64,000 nt of DNA from Amoebidium appalachense (GCA_963693365.1 CAVNZM010000005.1:124001-188000); one strand, 5' to 3'. Shown: positions 1 to 13,736, numbered from the stretch's first letter. Notes: generated from the letters alone by a model not told the origin. Numbers and translations are program-made.

Positions 1-1121
1 ATTATCACCCACCTTAAACTTCGTTCTTGCCGTTGGGCAACACTTCTTTCAACGATTGCCTTCGTTTCTGATGTTTCACGACACATATTTCTGTGTGCCA
101 ACGGACGGGCGTTCTGCTGCTAGCGCGAGTGTTTGGAAAAGTGACTATTTGTGAGCAAGGCACTCGTTGTCACCCACGTATGATCTTAGGGTTGTGCTTG
201 GTTGGCTTGAGTGCACGGTATTGCTGTGTGCCTGTGTTGTGTCTGGGTGGCTGTTCTGGTGTGGCTGGGGGCATGTGGTTTTTGGGTAGTGGAGAGAAAA
301 GTTGTTTTTGTGCAGAGAAGGGTACAGGGGACGGGATGGGGCGGAACATCTATATGTATTACCTACCGAGCGTTGTGGGACGTAGTGGAAGGGTTTGTGC
401 CTAAAGATTTTGTTCGACGTGCAGGGGAGGCTATGGTGTGCAGAAGTTAGGAACCTGTTGTGTATGGTGGGCTAGTGTAGCAGTGGTTGTCTGGTTCAGG
501 TAGAGAGCCGTTCCCTGTGGAATTTTTTGCGCTCCTCTCTTTATGTTTGCCTATGGTCACACGTGAGTTGTCGAGTTCTTGCACGTGTGTACTGCCTGTC
601 CCACCGAATGCTGCATCTCGTGTATGTGTGCTGTGTCCTGTATCTGGACCGTGCTTCGCATCTGTGCCGCACCTTCACACTTCTTGTCTCTTTTCTGGCT
701 CTAATGGCTGGTTGCAGGATGCATCATTGTTTCAGTTCCTTCCTAACAGCCATCGGAACGCGTCATGCATGTGTGATAGGCACGATGTCGTTTTGGTCGT
801 GTAGCCCAAACCCACTCTCTCGTGCTTAGATGCGGGGCAACACTGTGTCTGGGGAAGGTTTGGGGGGGAGGAGGGTATTCGTTATTTTTTTTTTTTTTTG
901 GTGGCCCTGTATACCATGTCTAGTTTATCATTGGCTGTGTGCTGTTGTGAACGTTTCTCCGTTGAGTCTGCGCCCTGCTGGTTTGCTGTGCACCGTGCAC
1001 TAGGTATCTGCTGCATGCCTTCCTGTGTTGCACGGTGTGCGCCTTTCCATTTTGCCCTGCTACCCTGCCCCGTGCTTCTGCACCCACCCTCACATACGTG
1101 TGCTGACCCTTTGGGCCGCAG

Positions 1122-2159
1122 CTGGACGGTTCTGTTCCGGCGCAAGCACAAGAAGGGTACGGTCGAGGAGGTGGTCAAGCGCCGCACCCGCCGCACGCAG
1201 AAGTTCAGCCGGGCCATCCAGGGTGCCACCCTCGACCAGATCATGGCCAAGCGCAACCAGACCCTCGAGGTCCGGAAGGCCCAGCGCGAGCACCAGGTAT
1301 GCTTGGGCCGGTAGATGTCCGTGGGTTGGAAACTGCTTGTGGGGGGGATTGCACGGCTGTGTGTGTGTTTATGCATGCACGCACGAGTGTTTGTGAGCTT
1401 GCATGGGCAGGCACATGTACTTTGGGTGTATGGGTGTCACATATGAGTGGGATGCCATATGTGTTCGTGGGTTGATGTGTGTGTTTGTGTGTGTGCATGC
1501 ATTGGCAGCCATATGCGTTCCGATTGGATTGGTGCGTGTATGTTTACCTGTTTCACAATGAGGGGTTGGACATGAATAGGTTGATGTGCAGGTGGTGTGT
1601 GTGTGGGGGGGGGGGTTGGCAATGAGGGGGATAGTGGGGTGGTGCTTTTGGGGGGGGAAATCTGGTTGTCAGTGGAAACGTGTCCACTGGCCTGCTAGGG
1701 AGTCATGGTTGGTTCATGTTAATCACGTAGCTGTGTACTCGACGGGATTTTCAGACTGTGTGTGATTTTTTTGTGCACGGGTTTTTCAGGCTGTGTGTGA
1801 TTTTTTTTGTGCGGTTTGGCATTAGCCCTCGCTGAGTGATGAGTTAGTGTGGTTGTGTCGTTTTCAGCTTCTGTTGTACTGTACGCTAGGATGAATGTGC
1901 ATACAGCGGGCTGTCTTCGTTTGCCGGTGGGAGAGACAGATGGGATGGGAGGGGTTTGGTTGTTTGAAACCAAATGGGGTGTGTTGTGCGACACACAAGC
2001 CGTTCGTGCATGGTGCTCACATTGGGGTGCTGCATGCATGTTTGCATTTCCCCTTTCTGTGGCCCCATGTCCCGGGGTCAGGGTAAATCTATATTTGGAT
2101 ATGGGTGCTGTCATTGGGCATACAACACGTGAATTTTCTTTTTCCCCCCCCCCCCCCTC

Positions 2160-2190
<31 letters not shown>

Positions 2191-2513
2191 ACATGCACAT
2201 GCACATGCACATGCACAGTCATATGTGCGCCCACACACGACTGTCTCAGTGCATGCACTTGCATCCACATGAAGGGGTATGTCTTATCTACTCTTTGTGG
2301 CTTCCACTTGCTATACTGCATGCCAACCCCTTTGTGGTCCCCACCTAACCCCGACCCCTTCAGATCCGTGCGTCCAAGGAGAAGGCCAAGGCTGCCCAGG
2401 CCACCAAGAAGGCCACCAAGCCCGCCGGTGCCACCCCAGCCCAGAAGGCTGCCCCCAAGGTCCAGAAGCAGGCCGGCAAGGGCGCCGCTGGCCGTGTTGG
2501 TGGCAAGCGCTAA
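1122..2513 (+). CDS. RPL24: 60S ribosomal protein eL24, last two exons (1122-1296, 2364-2513); 5' exons not found in the window
   Basis: Exon reads [12 protein letters not shown]...[30 protein letters not shown], spliced CAG|gt...cag|ATC to a Lys/Ala-rich tail ending RVGGKR*, the typical eL24 C-terminus. Branch motifs gCTGAC (1102) and cCTAAC (2344); AATAAA directly at the stop. Confidence 0.96.
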
Positions 2514-2661
2514 ATAAAGCACGTTGTGCTGTTTTTAGCATTCAGTATTTCGGTGCCTGCTGACGAGCAAAGGGCTGTGTGTACAAACAAGGCACAGTAT
2601 GCACGTTGTGATTGGTCCGTGTCTTAGGGAGGTTTTCCGTGTGTGTGGTTGTGGTGCGTGG

Positions 2662-2852
2662 GTGCGCGCGTTTATTATTATCTTTGGGGGGGGGGAGGGG
2701 GGGGGGGATGTAAAGTGGCAGAACATGTGTAGGGTGTGATTGATGTCCGTCTGTCTGTGCGCGCGTTTATTATTATCTTTGGGGGGGAGGGGGGGGGGGA
2801 TGTAAAGTGGCAGAACATGTGTAGGGTGTGATTGATGTCCGTCTGTCTGTGT
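2662..2852. repeat. ~95-bp direct tandem duplication downstream of RPL24
   Basis: gtgcgcgcgtttattattatcttt-G tract-atgtaaagtggcagaacatgtgtagggtgtgattgatgtccgtctgtctgtg occurs twice. Confidence 0.9.
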
Positions 2853-3844
2853 GGGTGGTGGTGGTGGTTCTTTTGGAAGGGGGGGGGGGGGGGGGGGGGT
2901 CTTGGAGGACCGTGATACGTCCGGCAAGGCCTTGGTCCGGAGTGGAGGTGTGTGCATGTCATGTGGCAGGCACGGACGTGTACGGGTGGCCCCAAGCTTG
3001 CGGCTTTTGTGCAGTGTGGATCCATGGGTTGGCCTGGCCACACGGCGCTGGCACAGGGCCATTGCAGTCGACACTCAAAGGGTACGGTATCCCGGGTGCG
3101 CGCACCGTGTGCATACAGGTGGTGCAAGGGCGGCGGCAGGTCTGCGTCACACATTGCAAGTGCCCGTTGTACGTGTCTGCAAGCCTCGCTGGTGGCATTT
3201 GCATTTTCGGTCCCAGTCCACTGAGTTGATGATCAAGCAGCTCGCTGTACAGAGCGCACATGTGCCGGTTGGTCATGCATCATGAAGTTCGGCGCGGCCC
3301 GGTTCAGCTTTTGGATCCAATTGCCGGCGGGCCGGCGGCCTACGGAATGAAGAATAGATCTGCAATGCACCAATCACAGTTGACAATAGAGTTTGTTAGC
3401 CAATCATGTGGCTGCTCGGCACTTGCCAACGTAGACGTCACGCAATAATTTTATGCTTGGAAAATAAAGAGGAATGCGCATCGTATTATATCAAGAATAT
3501 GAATATCTCACTGTATATTTTAATGGCGTGTGTATGTTTTATTTTTCACATGCCCACTGTTCCAACCTATGCTGGCGCCCTTCATCGAACTTGTAGATTC
3601 CCATGGCCTAGAAAGGGGCAAATTCTCTGGGCCTGCATAATTGTTCAGTGACTTCTCCGAGGCATTCATGAGTACTGGGCTTTCAAACAATCAGAAAAAC
3701 ATCGTTTTGTAGTTACAGTTAACATACTTTAGAAAAATATGTACTTAATTGCTGCTTGATTGTGTTATTTATACATGTGAGATGTGTTCATAGAGAAAAG
3801 CATATAGTGCTCAGTTGGCAACGCTTGCCCCATTTATACGCACG

Positions 3845-4466
<622 letters not shown>

Positions 4467-5198
4467 ATGGCGAGCGAGGGCAGCTGTCCCTTTGTTGGTG
4501 TGCGCAACACGGGGCCCATCCACTGCACGTGGAAGCCCAACAGCACCGAGAAGTCTCCCCACACCCACGCACCGTACCCCGCGTACGTGCCCCCCCCCCC
4601 CCCCCCCCCCCCCTCCCCCCTCCCCCCCCCCCCCCCCCCCCCCCCCTTACCCCCTCCTCCCACAGGGCCCTCTTCTCCTACTCAACCCTCTTGCCCCTCA
4701 CCCCTGCCACTCTCCCTCTACCTCGAAACACAGCACAAAGTGCAACAGCACAACCACCCCCCTCTCCCACCCCTTCCCGCCTCTTTAATCTTTTTATGTG
4801 TGCTTTGTGATCTGTGCTGTGTTGTCCGTATAGTGCGAGTGTCCTTCCCACTCTGCGATGCATTATAAACCTCCTTCGTTGTACTCCATACCCATCTTAT
4901 CTTTTCATGCTGTATTGTTTCACTCGAAAGCTTCCTTTGCCTTGTTTTGCACTTTACCCTATGTGTTTTGCTGTCCTGCAGGTATATTATTCGGGGGTTT
5001 TCGTGAGCCCCTGCTGTGTCCTTGGACCTGTGCTCCAGTGTGCACCTTCCGACCTTGGCTCACTAACTTCGTGTTGTCTAGCAAAGGCCTCCTCATGTTC
5101 CACATCCTTATTTCCAACCAGCCACACAAAGGTCAAGTTGTGATACCATTCCCTTCCCCCCCCCTCCCTGCCTTCCCCCCCTTCCCCCGCCCTTCCCC

Positions 5199-5229
<31 letters not shown>

Positions 5230-5678
5230 ACACACTATGCACTAACCCACCGTCAACCCCCAGTGAGCGGCCCAAGATCCTGCCCAACATCCTGTACCAC
5301 GTAGGCAACACCCCCCTCGTGCGCGTCAACAAGATAGCAAAGGAGGAGGGCCTGCAGTGTGAGCTCTGTACGTGCCCACACATGCCCCCATGGACGGCAC
5401 ATCTTGTTCTTCTGTCTTCCCCCCCTCCCCCCCCCCCCCCCCCCCCCCCCGGCCCCACACACACACACACTCTCGCTCTCTCTCTCTCCCCCCCCCTCCC
5501 CCCCTCCCCCCTCCTGCGTGTTCCATTGTATCGTCAAAGATAGCCCATTTAAAGAAGCCAAACCCTCCTCCTTATAATACGTAAGAAGACCAATACCTCC
5601 CGGCTTACCCCTGCCTTCATCCTCAGTTTGCCCAGCATCAGTTCTTTCATATCCTGTGTGCTTTCCCCTACCACTTTT

Positions 5679-5727
<49 letters not shown>

Positions 5728-6157
5728 ACACACACACAACCAATGGTGATTTGTGCTTGCATATGCATCTATCACTCCTGCCCCTTCCTTCCACCGTTGC
5801 CAGATTAGAGCTCTTACCCTCCCCCCCCCCCCCCCCTCCCCCCCCCCCAGTGGCCAAGTGTGAGTTCTTCAATGCGGGGGGCAGTGTCAAGGACCGCATT
5901 GCAAAGCGCATGTTTGAGGAGGCAGAGGCCAGCGGCAGGATCAAGCCCGGTAGGGGGGGGGGGGGGCACATTAGAGAGGGAAGGAGCGAGGGAGGGAGGC
6001 TTAAGCCCGGTAGGAAGGAAGGGGGGTTTAAAACCTCGGTAGGGAGGATGGAAGGGGGGGGGGGGATGGGGGGAGGGGCGGAGCTTCCTAAGAAGGGAGG
6101 GGGATGGGGGAAAAGAATAAATCCAGCCTTGGGAGGGCAGGGGGATAGAGAGTAAAG

Positions 6158-6209
<52 letters not shown>

Positions 6210-6883
6210 GGGCCGGGGAAGCCCGTGAGGGGAAGAGAGATCAGGGGTTCTGCTTGCTTTCTTTCGGTAAGAGCAGTAAGAGCGATGGTGTCGTGTGTGG
6301 GAGAGGATGTGGCAGGCTGCTAGTTGGGTGCCATGTGTGTGTGTGTGTTCGGGGTTGGGATTTGGGGCAGGGGGTGCTGTTGGGGTTAGGAGATGTTCTG
6401 GTTTCTTGGGTGTAAAAAGGAAAACGGAGGGGGGGGGGAGGGGGTATCAATTGTGGCTGAGTAAACGTGTAGATGTGGTGTGGAGGGGAGTGTGGGGCCC
6501 TTCAGGGGGAGGGGGGGGGCTCATTTAATTGAGGGAAGAATAGTAATTTGTTATGTGACTCTGGGAGGGTCGAGAGACACATTAGGACGTTAGTCAGTGG
6601 CGAAAGACAAAGGGCACACGTTGGGCTTGAGCACGGACCACATGTGGCTTATTAGTATAGGGAATAAGCAAAAGGGAACCAGTCATTGAGCCTTTGCACT
6701 GACCATATATGGCTAATCAGGAGACACGATCATCGAGCCCACCAGCGGCAATACGGGGCTTGGCCTTGCTCTGTGTGCTGCCGTCAAGGGGTACCGCTGT
6801 ATTATCTGTCTGCCTGAGAAGATGAGCAATGAGAAGGTAGGGGGCCCTATGGTGCATGCGGGTCGGGGGTATGTGTGCTTGGG

Positions 6884-6958
<75 letters not shown>

Positions 6959-7858
6959 TGCGCGCCCGCGTGTGTGTATACACATACATATGTACGCATG
7001 TGGTGTGGTGGTGTGTGTGTGCCTGCATATGGGATGCTATGTGTGCACGTGGCGCGGTGCTGACTTTTGGCCAATCAGGTGGACACACTCAAGGCTCTTG
7101 GGGCTGAGATTGTGCGCACACCAAACGATGCCGCATTCGATTCTCCGGGTATCAGACCCCCCCCCCCCCCCCCCCCACCCCCGTTGTGGCAGGCCTGGTG
7201 CCGGCCTCAAACACACAAGTGGTCGGCATGGGCACACACACCCGACCCCCAACGCACAACCAACACCACACTGCACTGTGCCTTCACGTGGCCCATCCCT
7301 ATCTGGGTCGGACCTGCCCTTGTATGTTCGTACCCAACACATGCTTACCCCCCCTCATCCCAAAGCCCAAATCCCCGCACGCCGGCCTGCCCAAAACCCA
7401 CCACTTTCTCATTTGCTTTTTGCCCCTCCCACTTCTTCCTCCCCCCACATCCTCCGCCCCATCTGGCCCCAATCACCCTTTCACCCACATCCACCTACCC
7501 CCCTCCCCCCTCCCCCCCTTCCCCCGGTGCATACTCCTGGCTTGACCTATGTGTGCCATACACACACACACTTCCCTTGCTCCTATGTGCACTCGGCTCC
7601 ATCCTCTTCCTGCGACCATGCTATTCTAACCCCCCTTCAACACACCACACACACGAAAACATAAACACACACACACAGAGTCGCACATTGGTGTGTCGTA
7701 CCGCCTGCAGGCGGAGATACCCAACAGCCACATTCTCAACCAATACGACAACCCCTACAACCCCATTGCCCACTACGACAGCACGGCGGAGGAGCTATTG
7801 GATCAGTGCGATGGAAAGATAGACATGGTAAGTGCACACGCATGCACATGCACACACA

Positions 7859-7940
<82 letters not shown>

Positions 7941-8278
7941 GCATACGCATACACACACACACACGTGCATTCGCACATAAACCATTACACCCACAACCGA
8001 CATTCCAACACAATCACAATTGCATATGCAGGCATTCATGTGTGAATACACAGACAATCACACGTGACCACATTTGTACCCTCCTTGGTGTGCCCATCCA
8101 CACACAACCCACCTGCTTGCACGTGCTGATGCATATAGATTTAAATAATGAGTGAAAACACGCAGACCTATGCACCTACCTGCAAAACATACACTTCTAA
8201 CCCCAGCATACGACACATGTGATATCCCCAGCCCCGCCCCCCTGCCCCCCCCCCCCCCCCTCCTCCCCCCCCCCGCAC

Positions 8279-8314
<36 letters not shown>

Positions 8315-8538
8315 CTCGGCTTGCATCATACGACATACATGCATCCCTATTCTCCACTGAGCTCATATACCTAAGGTTTTGCATGGGGACAAGGGTGTAG
8401 TTTTTATGAAAAGGGGCATATACACACTTAACTATCGCCATAAACGTCTGGAGGGGTTTTTGGTGTGGTGGGAATGGGGAGATGGCACATAGACACTTTG
8501 TTGTCTGTGTGTGTGCGTGTGTGTGTGTGTGTGTGTGT

Positions 8539-8569
<31 letters not shown>

Positions 8570-8975
8570 TGCGCGTGTGTTGGGGGGGGGGGGGGGGGGG
8601 AGGGGAAGGGGGAGGGAAACTGCCCATCTAATGATTCTGACATTTGTTTGACAGCTCGTTGCCGGTGCCGGGACTGGAGGAACCATCTCCGGCATTGCAC
8701 GCAAACTCAAGGAGAGGTGCCCAAACATCAAGGTCGCACATGCACACACAGACCACACGCACTGATATGGGCATATACCACCCCCCCCCCCCCCCCCCCC
8801 CCCTCCCCCGCCTCTCCCTCCGGCCCCCACGCATAACCAACAGCCCATCGCAGCACGTGCAGTGTTGAACCTTTGCCCTCCGGCACTTTGCCCCTGGATC
8901 GTGATTCCTCGCATGCTGTCAGCCCCTGCACTCTATGCCAGCCACTCGCCTATTTGTATGCAGCAGAGATGTGGT

Positions 8976-9016
<41 letters not shown>

Positions 9017-9850
9017 TTCTGTCCCTCCCATCCTCCCCTTTCATGCCTCCCCACTTCATACGTCCACACTCCTCTTTCTCCCCCGCCCTCTCTTCCCAAT
9101 TTTTCTCCTTTTCTTGCCGTCTGCTGGTGCGCAAACCTATGCAAACCCCACCATCACCCCCCCACCAACAAGCCCACCAATCCCCCCAGATTGTGGGTGT
9201 GGACCCAGTGGGCTCCATCCTAGCCGAGCCAGCCAGCCTCAACACTAGCGGTGGGCTGTACCAGGTGGAGGGCATTGGCTACGATTTCATGCCAACCTCC
9301 CTAGATCGGGCCGTGATCGACCAGTGGTACAAGAGCACAGACAAGCCCTCGTTCGACATGGCCAGAAGGCTGATCCACGATGAGGGCATCCTGTGCGGTG
9401 CGTTTGCCCTAGTTTGCCCTCCTCTGCCCTTTGCTCACTTGCTTTGCACTCTGGTACCTTCCATGACGGGTTATCCCGCCACTCTTTCTTGAGCTGTGTT
9501 CACATTGATACAACAGGGTGGGTGTGCATATGTTTTTTTTTTGTTTTTTTTTTTTTGTTTTTTTTTGGGGGGGGGGGGGGGGGGGTGGCATCAATTTATC
9601 ACACGCAATGCTAGGCTTGACCAACCAACATGCCTAACATTAAACCAATCAGGGGGCAGCAGTGGCACCGCCATGGCGGCAGCTGTGGAGGCAGCCAAGC
9701 AACTGGGTCCTGGCCAGCGCTGTGTTGTGATCCTGCCCGATGGCCTGCGCAACTACATGTCTAAGTTCCTGAGGTCGGTGTGTGGTTTTTTTTGGGGGGG
9801 GGGGTCACTTCGTGGGCACGTGGTTTGGGACGTGCTCTTGGGAAGGAGGA

Positions 9851-9898
<48 letters not shown>

Positions 9899-10462
9899 TG
9901 AATGACCTACCGGAATGCTAGTAAACGGTCTTTGCTCTGACTACTTGCTCTCCTCTGCCCCCCTCCTCCCCGCCCCCCCCCCCCCCCCCCTTGACCCTCC
10001 CAAGTTCAGTTGATGCTGCTGTCTGAGTTGGAGAGTCGTATATACGCGGGCTAAGGGGTCGAAACTCAGACGCAATTGATGACTTGGGCCCTCCCTGAGG
10101 ATGGGCTCTGCTTATGACGCATACTGTGCGCATGGCTGATGTTGCATACTTGAATGTTTGCCTTTGCATGTGTCCTTCGTGTATGCGTACTTCGTACCGT
10201 GTTCCGCATTCAAACCCCCCCCCCCCCCCCCCCCCACCCCTCCTCCCCGCCCCCTCCCCCCGCCCCTCCCCCCACCCACCACCACCACCACCAACCCCTC
10301 TCCCCTCCCCCCCCCCCCAACCTCACCACCCTCACCACCACCCTCCCTCCTTTGCTCTGTAATGTGAAAGCAAATTTGTGGCTAGTGCTGTTCGTGCTAC
10401 TCCATGGAAAGCTTCTAAGACACTCGGACACACGGTGACACACTCACTCACTCGGTCACCCA

Positions 10463-10533
<71 letters not shown>

Positions 10534-10658
10534 GACGATTGGATGATCGAGAAGGGCTTCATGGCGCCCAAGGCCGTGCCCCCCCCCGTCAGTGGACAAG
10601 TTTGGTGGCGCCACCGTGGCTGACCTCAAGCTGGCAAGCCCGGTCACTGTGGCCCCGG

Positions 10659-10701
<43 letters not shown>

Positions 10702-10977
10702 TTTGGGGGGGGGGGGGGGGGGGGGGGGCTGCAGGGTGTGTAGCGGCAGTGTCGAATTGGGCGTGAGTGCTTCTTCTGGTGGAGAATGTGTGTATGTGAC
10801 GGCGGGTAAGCAGTTTTGAGCAAGGGATTGTGGTGTTGGAGTGAGAAGTGTTATCAGCACGTCGTGTGTTCCAAACAAGGAGGTGACACGGTGCACGTGT
10901 GTGGGTGGGTGGGGGGGGGGGGAGGGGGGAGGGCAGGGCGTGTGTGTATATCTTTGGTGATGGTGGTGGTGGTGTGT

Positions 10978-11016
<39 letters not shown>

Positions 11017-11894
11017 GTGTGTGTATGTGTCGCGTTATGTTGTGGTGGTGGTGGGTGGGTGGGTGGGTGGGTGTGTGTGTGTGTGTGTGTTTGTGGTGAT
11101 GGGGGGGGGGGGGGGGGGGGGGTTTCTTTTTCTGGGGAGGAGGGGGGGGGCGGGGGGGGCAAATTGAATAGCCCTGGGTGAGTTCATAGACCGCCAAGCA
11201 TGGCCCATGCCTAGTTTGTTTAGGCACGTGCTGACCACGTGGGGGCAGGTCACATGCCAGGAGGCCGCAGCCATCATGGAGCAGAGGGGCTTCGACTACC
11301 TTCCCGTCACAAAGGACAAGCGGGTGTGTGTCCGCGCCAAACCATCTGCACGTGCACCTGTTCAGTTCTTGCCCCCTCCTCCTCCTACCCCCCTGCACGT
11401 GCACCTGTTCAGTTCTTGCCCCCTCCTCCTCCTACCCCCCTGCACGTGCACCTGTTCATGTCTTGCCCCCTCCTCCTCCTACCCCCCTGCACGTGCACCT
11501 GTTCATGTCTTGCCCCCTCCTCCTCCTACCCCCCTGCACGTGCACCTGTTCAGTTCTTGCCCCCTCCTCCTCCTACCCCCCTGCACGTGCACCTGTTCAT
11601 TTCTTGCCCCCTCCTCCTCCTACCCCCCTGCACGTGCACCTGTTCATTTCTTTCCCCCTCCTCCGCCTACCCCCTCCCCTCCCCTCCCTCCCCTCTCCGC
11701 ACCATGATCACCGTCACCACCCCCATTGGTGGTTGTGCACCCGACTTGTGGTGTGTGTCTCTGTTTGTGCACCCTTTGCTCGCCGTGACCTTTCCTGCTG
11801 CACTCCTGCTGTTGTGGTGGAAACCTCAGCCTGCAAAGGTGTGACCATGTGCCCATCCATCTTACTGTAACCAGTTATTGACTCTGAGCCCCCA

Positions 11895-11967
<73 letters not shown>

Positions 11968-12194
11968 CGATTCCCCACCCACCCAGCCATATCACCCCCT
12001 TCCCCTCCCCACCACCAAAAAGCCTGTCCCCGTTCGTCTACGCTTCCTCCCTCCAACCCACCTCTCTCTCCCCCCTCCTGACCCTTTCAATCCCAACCCC
12101 TCCAATCCTCACGCCTACCCACCTACCCATCCTCCCCCGACAACGTCTCTCTCTCTCTCTCTCTCTCTTTCCTTCCCCCCTCCTCCCCCCTCCC

Positions 12195-12236
<42 letters not shown>

Positions 12237-12451
12237 CCGTTGGGCTTGTAGGCCAGGGCCAAATGCTGTCCCGTCTAGCCCACGGCAAGGCCACGCCCAG
12301 CGATGCCGTCAGCAAGGTCATGCTGCAGTTCGACACAAAGTCAAAGTTCTACGTGCGTGTTTCCCCCCTCTGTATTGTCTGTCTGTCTCCCTCTTTCTCC
12401 ATTCCGCCCTTCTGTTCTTCCACCTCCCACTCTCCCCACCCCACATATCCA

Positions 12452-12517
<66 letters not shown>

Positions 12518-12518
12518 T

Positions 12519-12575
<57 letters not shown>

Positions 12576-12635
12576 CCCCCCCCCCCCCCTCCTCTCTTTC
12601 TCTCTCTCTCTCTCTCCCCCCCCTCCGTCCCTCGC

Positions 12636-12676
<41 letters not shown>

Positions 12677-12929
12677 CCCTTCCCCTCCATCTGTCTTTGT
12701 CACTCTTCTCTTCCCCTCCCTCCCCCCCTCCCCACCCCCCCCCTCCCCACCCACCCACCCACCAATCCACGTGCACACCACAAACACATACACTTCTACA
12801 CACCGATCACACCTCGACACGTTCTAACTCGTTACAGTTTTACGTTTGTGCCTCCCCTAAGGGTGATCTCTGCATTGTCTTGTGTTTGTGTTTGCTTGTA
12901 GCACACACGCACGCACACACACACACACA

Positions 12930-12963
<34 letters not shown>

Positions 12964-13376
12964 ATCATACGCGAGCATGCGTGCAAACGGAAAAAGATAG
13001 AATGTTAAGGATGAAAAAGAGGCTGGCAAAGGAGGTTGAATGTTCCAATCCTCTCTTTCTTTGCTCCTGTTTGGTCGGTCCTTATGTGGTCTAATGGTCT
13101 AGTGCATCTGCTCCCCTTAATTCCCGCGTGTTGCGGTACCACCCTTACAACCGTTGCCCCTGCCACACCATGCATATGACCATTGGCTCCAAACCACGTG
13201 ACCGATTCTGATTGGCTGATACGGCGCAATAGGACATCAAGCTGGACACACCTCTGGCCGGACTGGAGGGGTTCTTCGAGCAGCACCACATCGGGTTTGT
13301 GACGGACAGCACTGGGGCCATCATCCACGTGATCACTAAGATCGACCTGCTCTCGTATCTCATGCGCAGGAAGTAG
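4467..13376 (+). CDS. CBS: Cystathionine beta-synthase with N-terminal heme domain and C-terminal Bateman (CBS-pair) module; exons 4467-4582, 5264-5367, 5851-5949, 6721-6836, 7079-7148, 7679-7827, 8655-8732, 9190-9397, 9653-9773, 10533-10660, 11249-11323, 12236-12352, 13233-13376
   Basis: CTW...SPH heme-ligand motif, [25 protein letters not shown] (PLP lysine), [53 protein letters not shown]. Splice phases are consistent except for apparent one-base excesses at the C9 run (10579-10587) and the G at 10661. Confidence 0.96.
11346..11650. repeat. 47-bp intronic minisatellite, ~6.5 copies
   Basis: Unit ctgcacgtgcacctgttcagttcttgccccctcctcctcctaccccc starts at 11346, 11393, 11440, 11487, 11534, 11581, 11628. 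Confidence 0.95.
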
Positions 13377-13736
13377 AAAGGTGTAGTGTTAGGGGTGTGT
13401 TGCGGTGAAAAAATGAAGTTCGTTTTTTCGGTTTATTTCCGTGAATGAATATTATATTGATCCCTGCATGGTAGTTTTTTTTTTGGTTTGTTGCTGTGAA
13501 CACATGCCATGATAGTGATATTTTTGCCTATCAGTGTTTTACTTCTGTAAGCCAGGCGGTAGCATGTAATAACAATAGTGCCCGGTCACGTGCCATAGCT
13601 CACTAAGTAGGGCCTGCCCATGTGCCATGAACCCTGTAAATGCCCCACTATATTTGACCAGTAAACGGGCATACACATGCCAATGCATATATGGCGCATA
13701 GACCATGGCCACGGTGCCCTTGCAAATGCACCCCCT

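Noticed and set aside
716-804. LFQFL segment as an upstream RPL24 exon
   Set aside because: The following sequence lacks the expected KC...KRNPR motif and reaches a stop.
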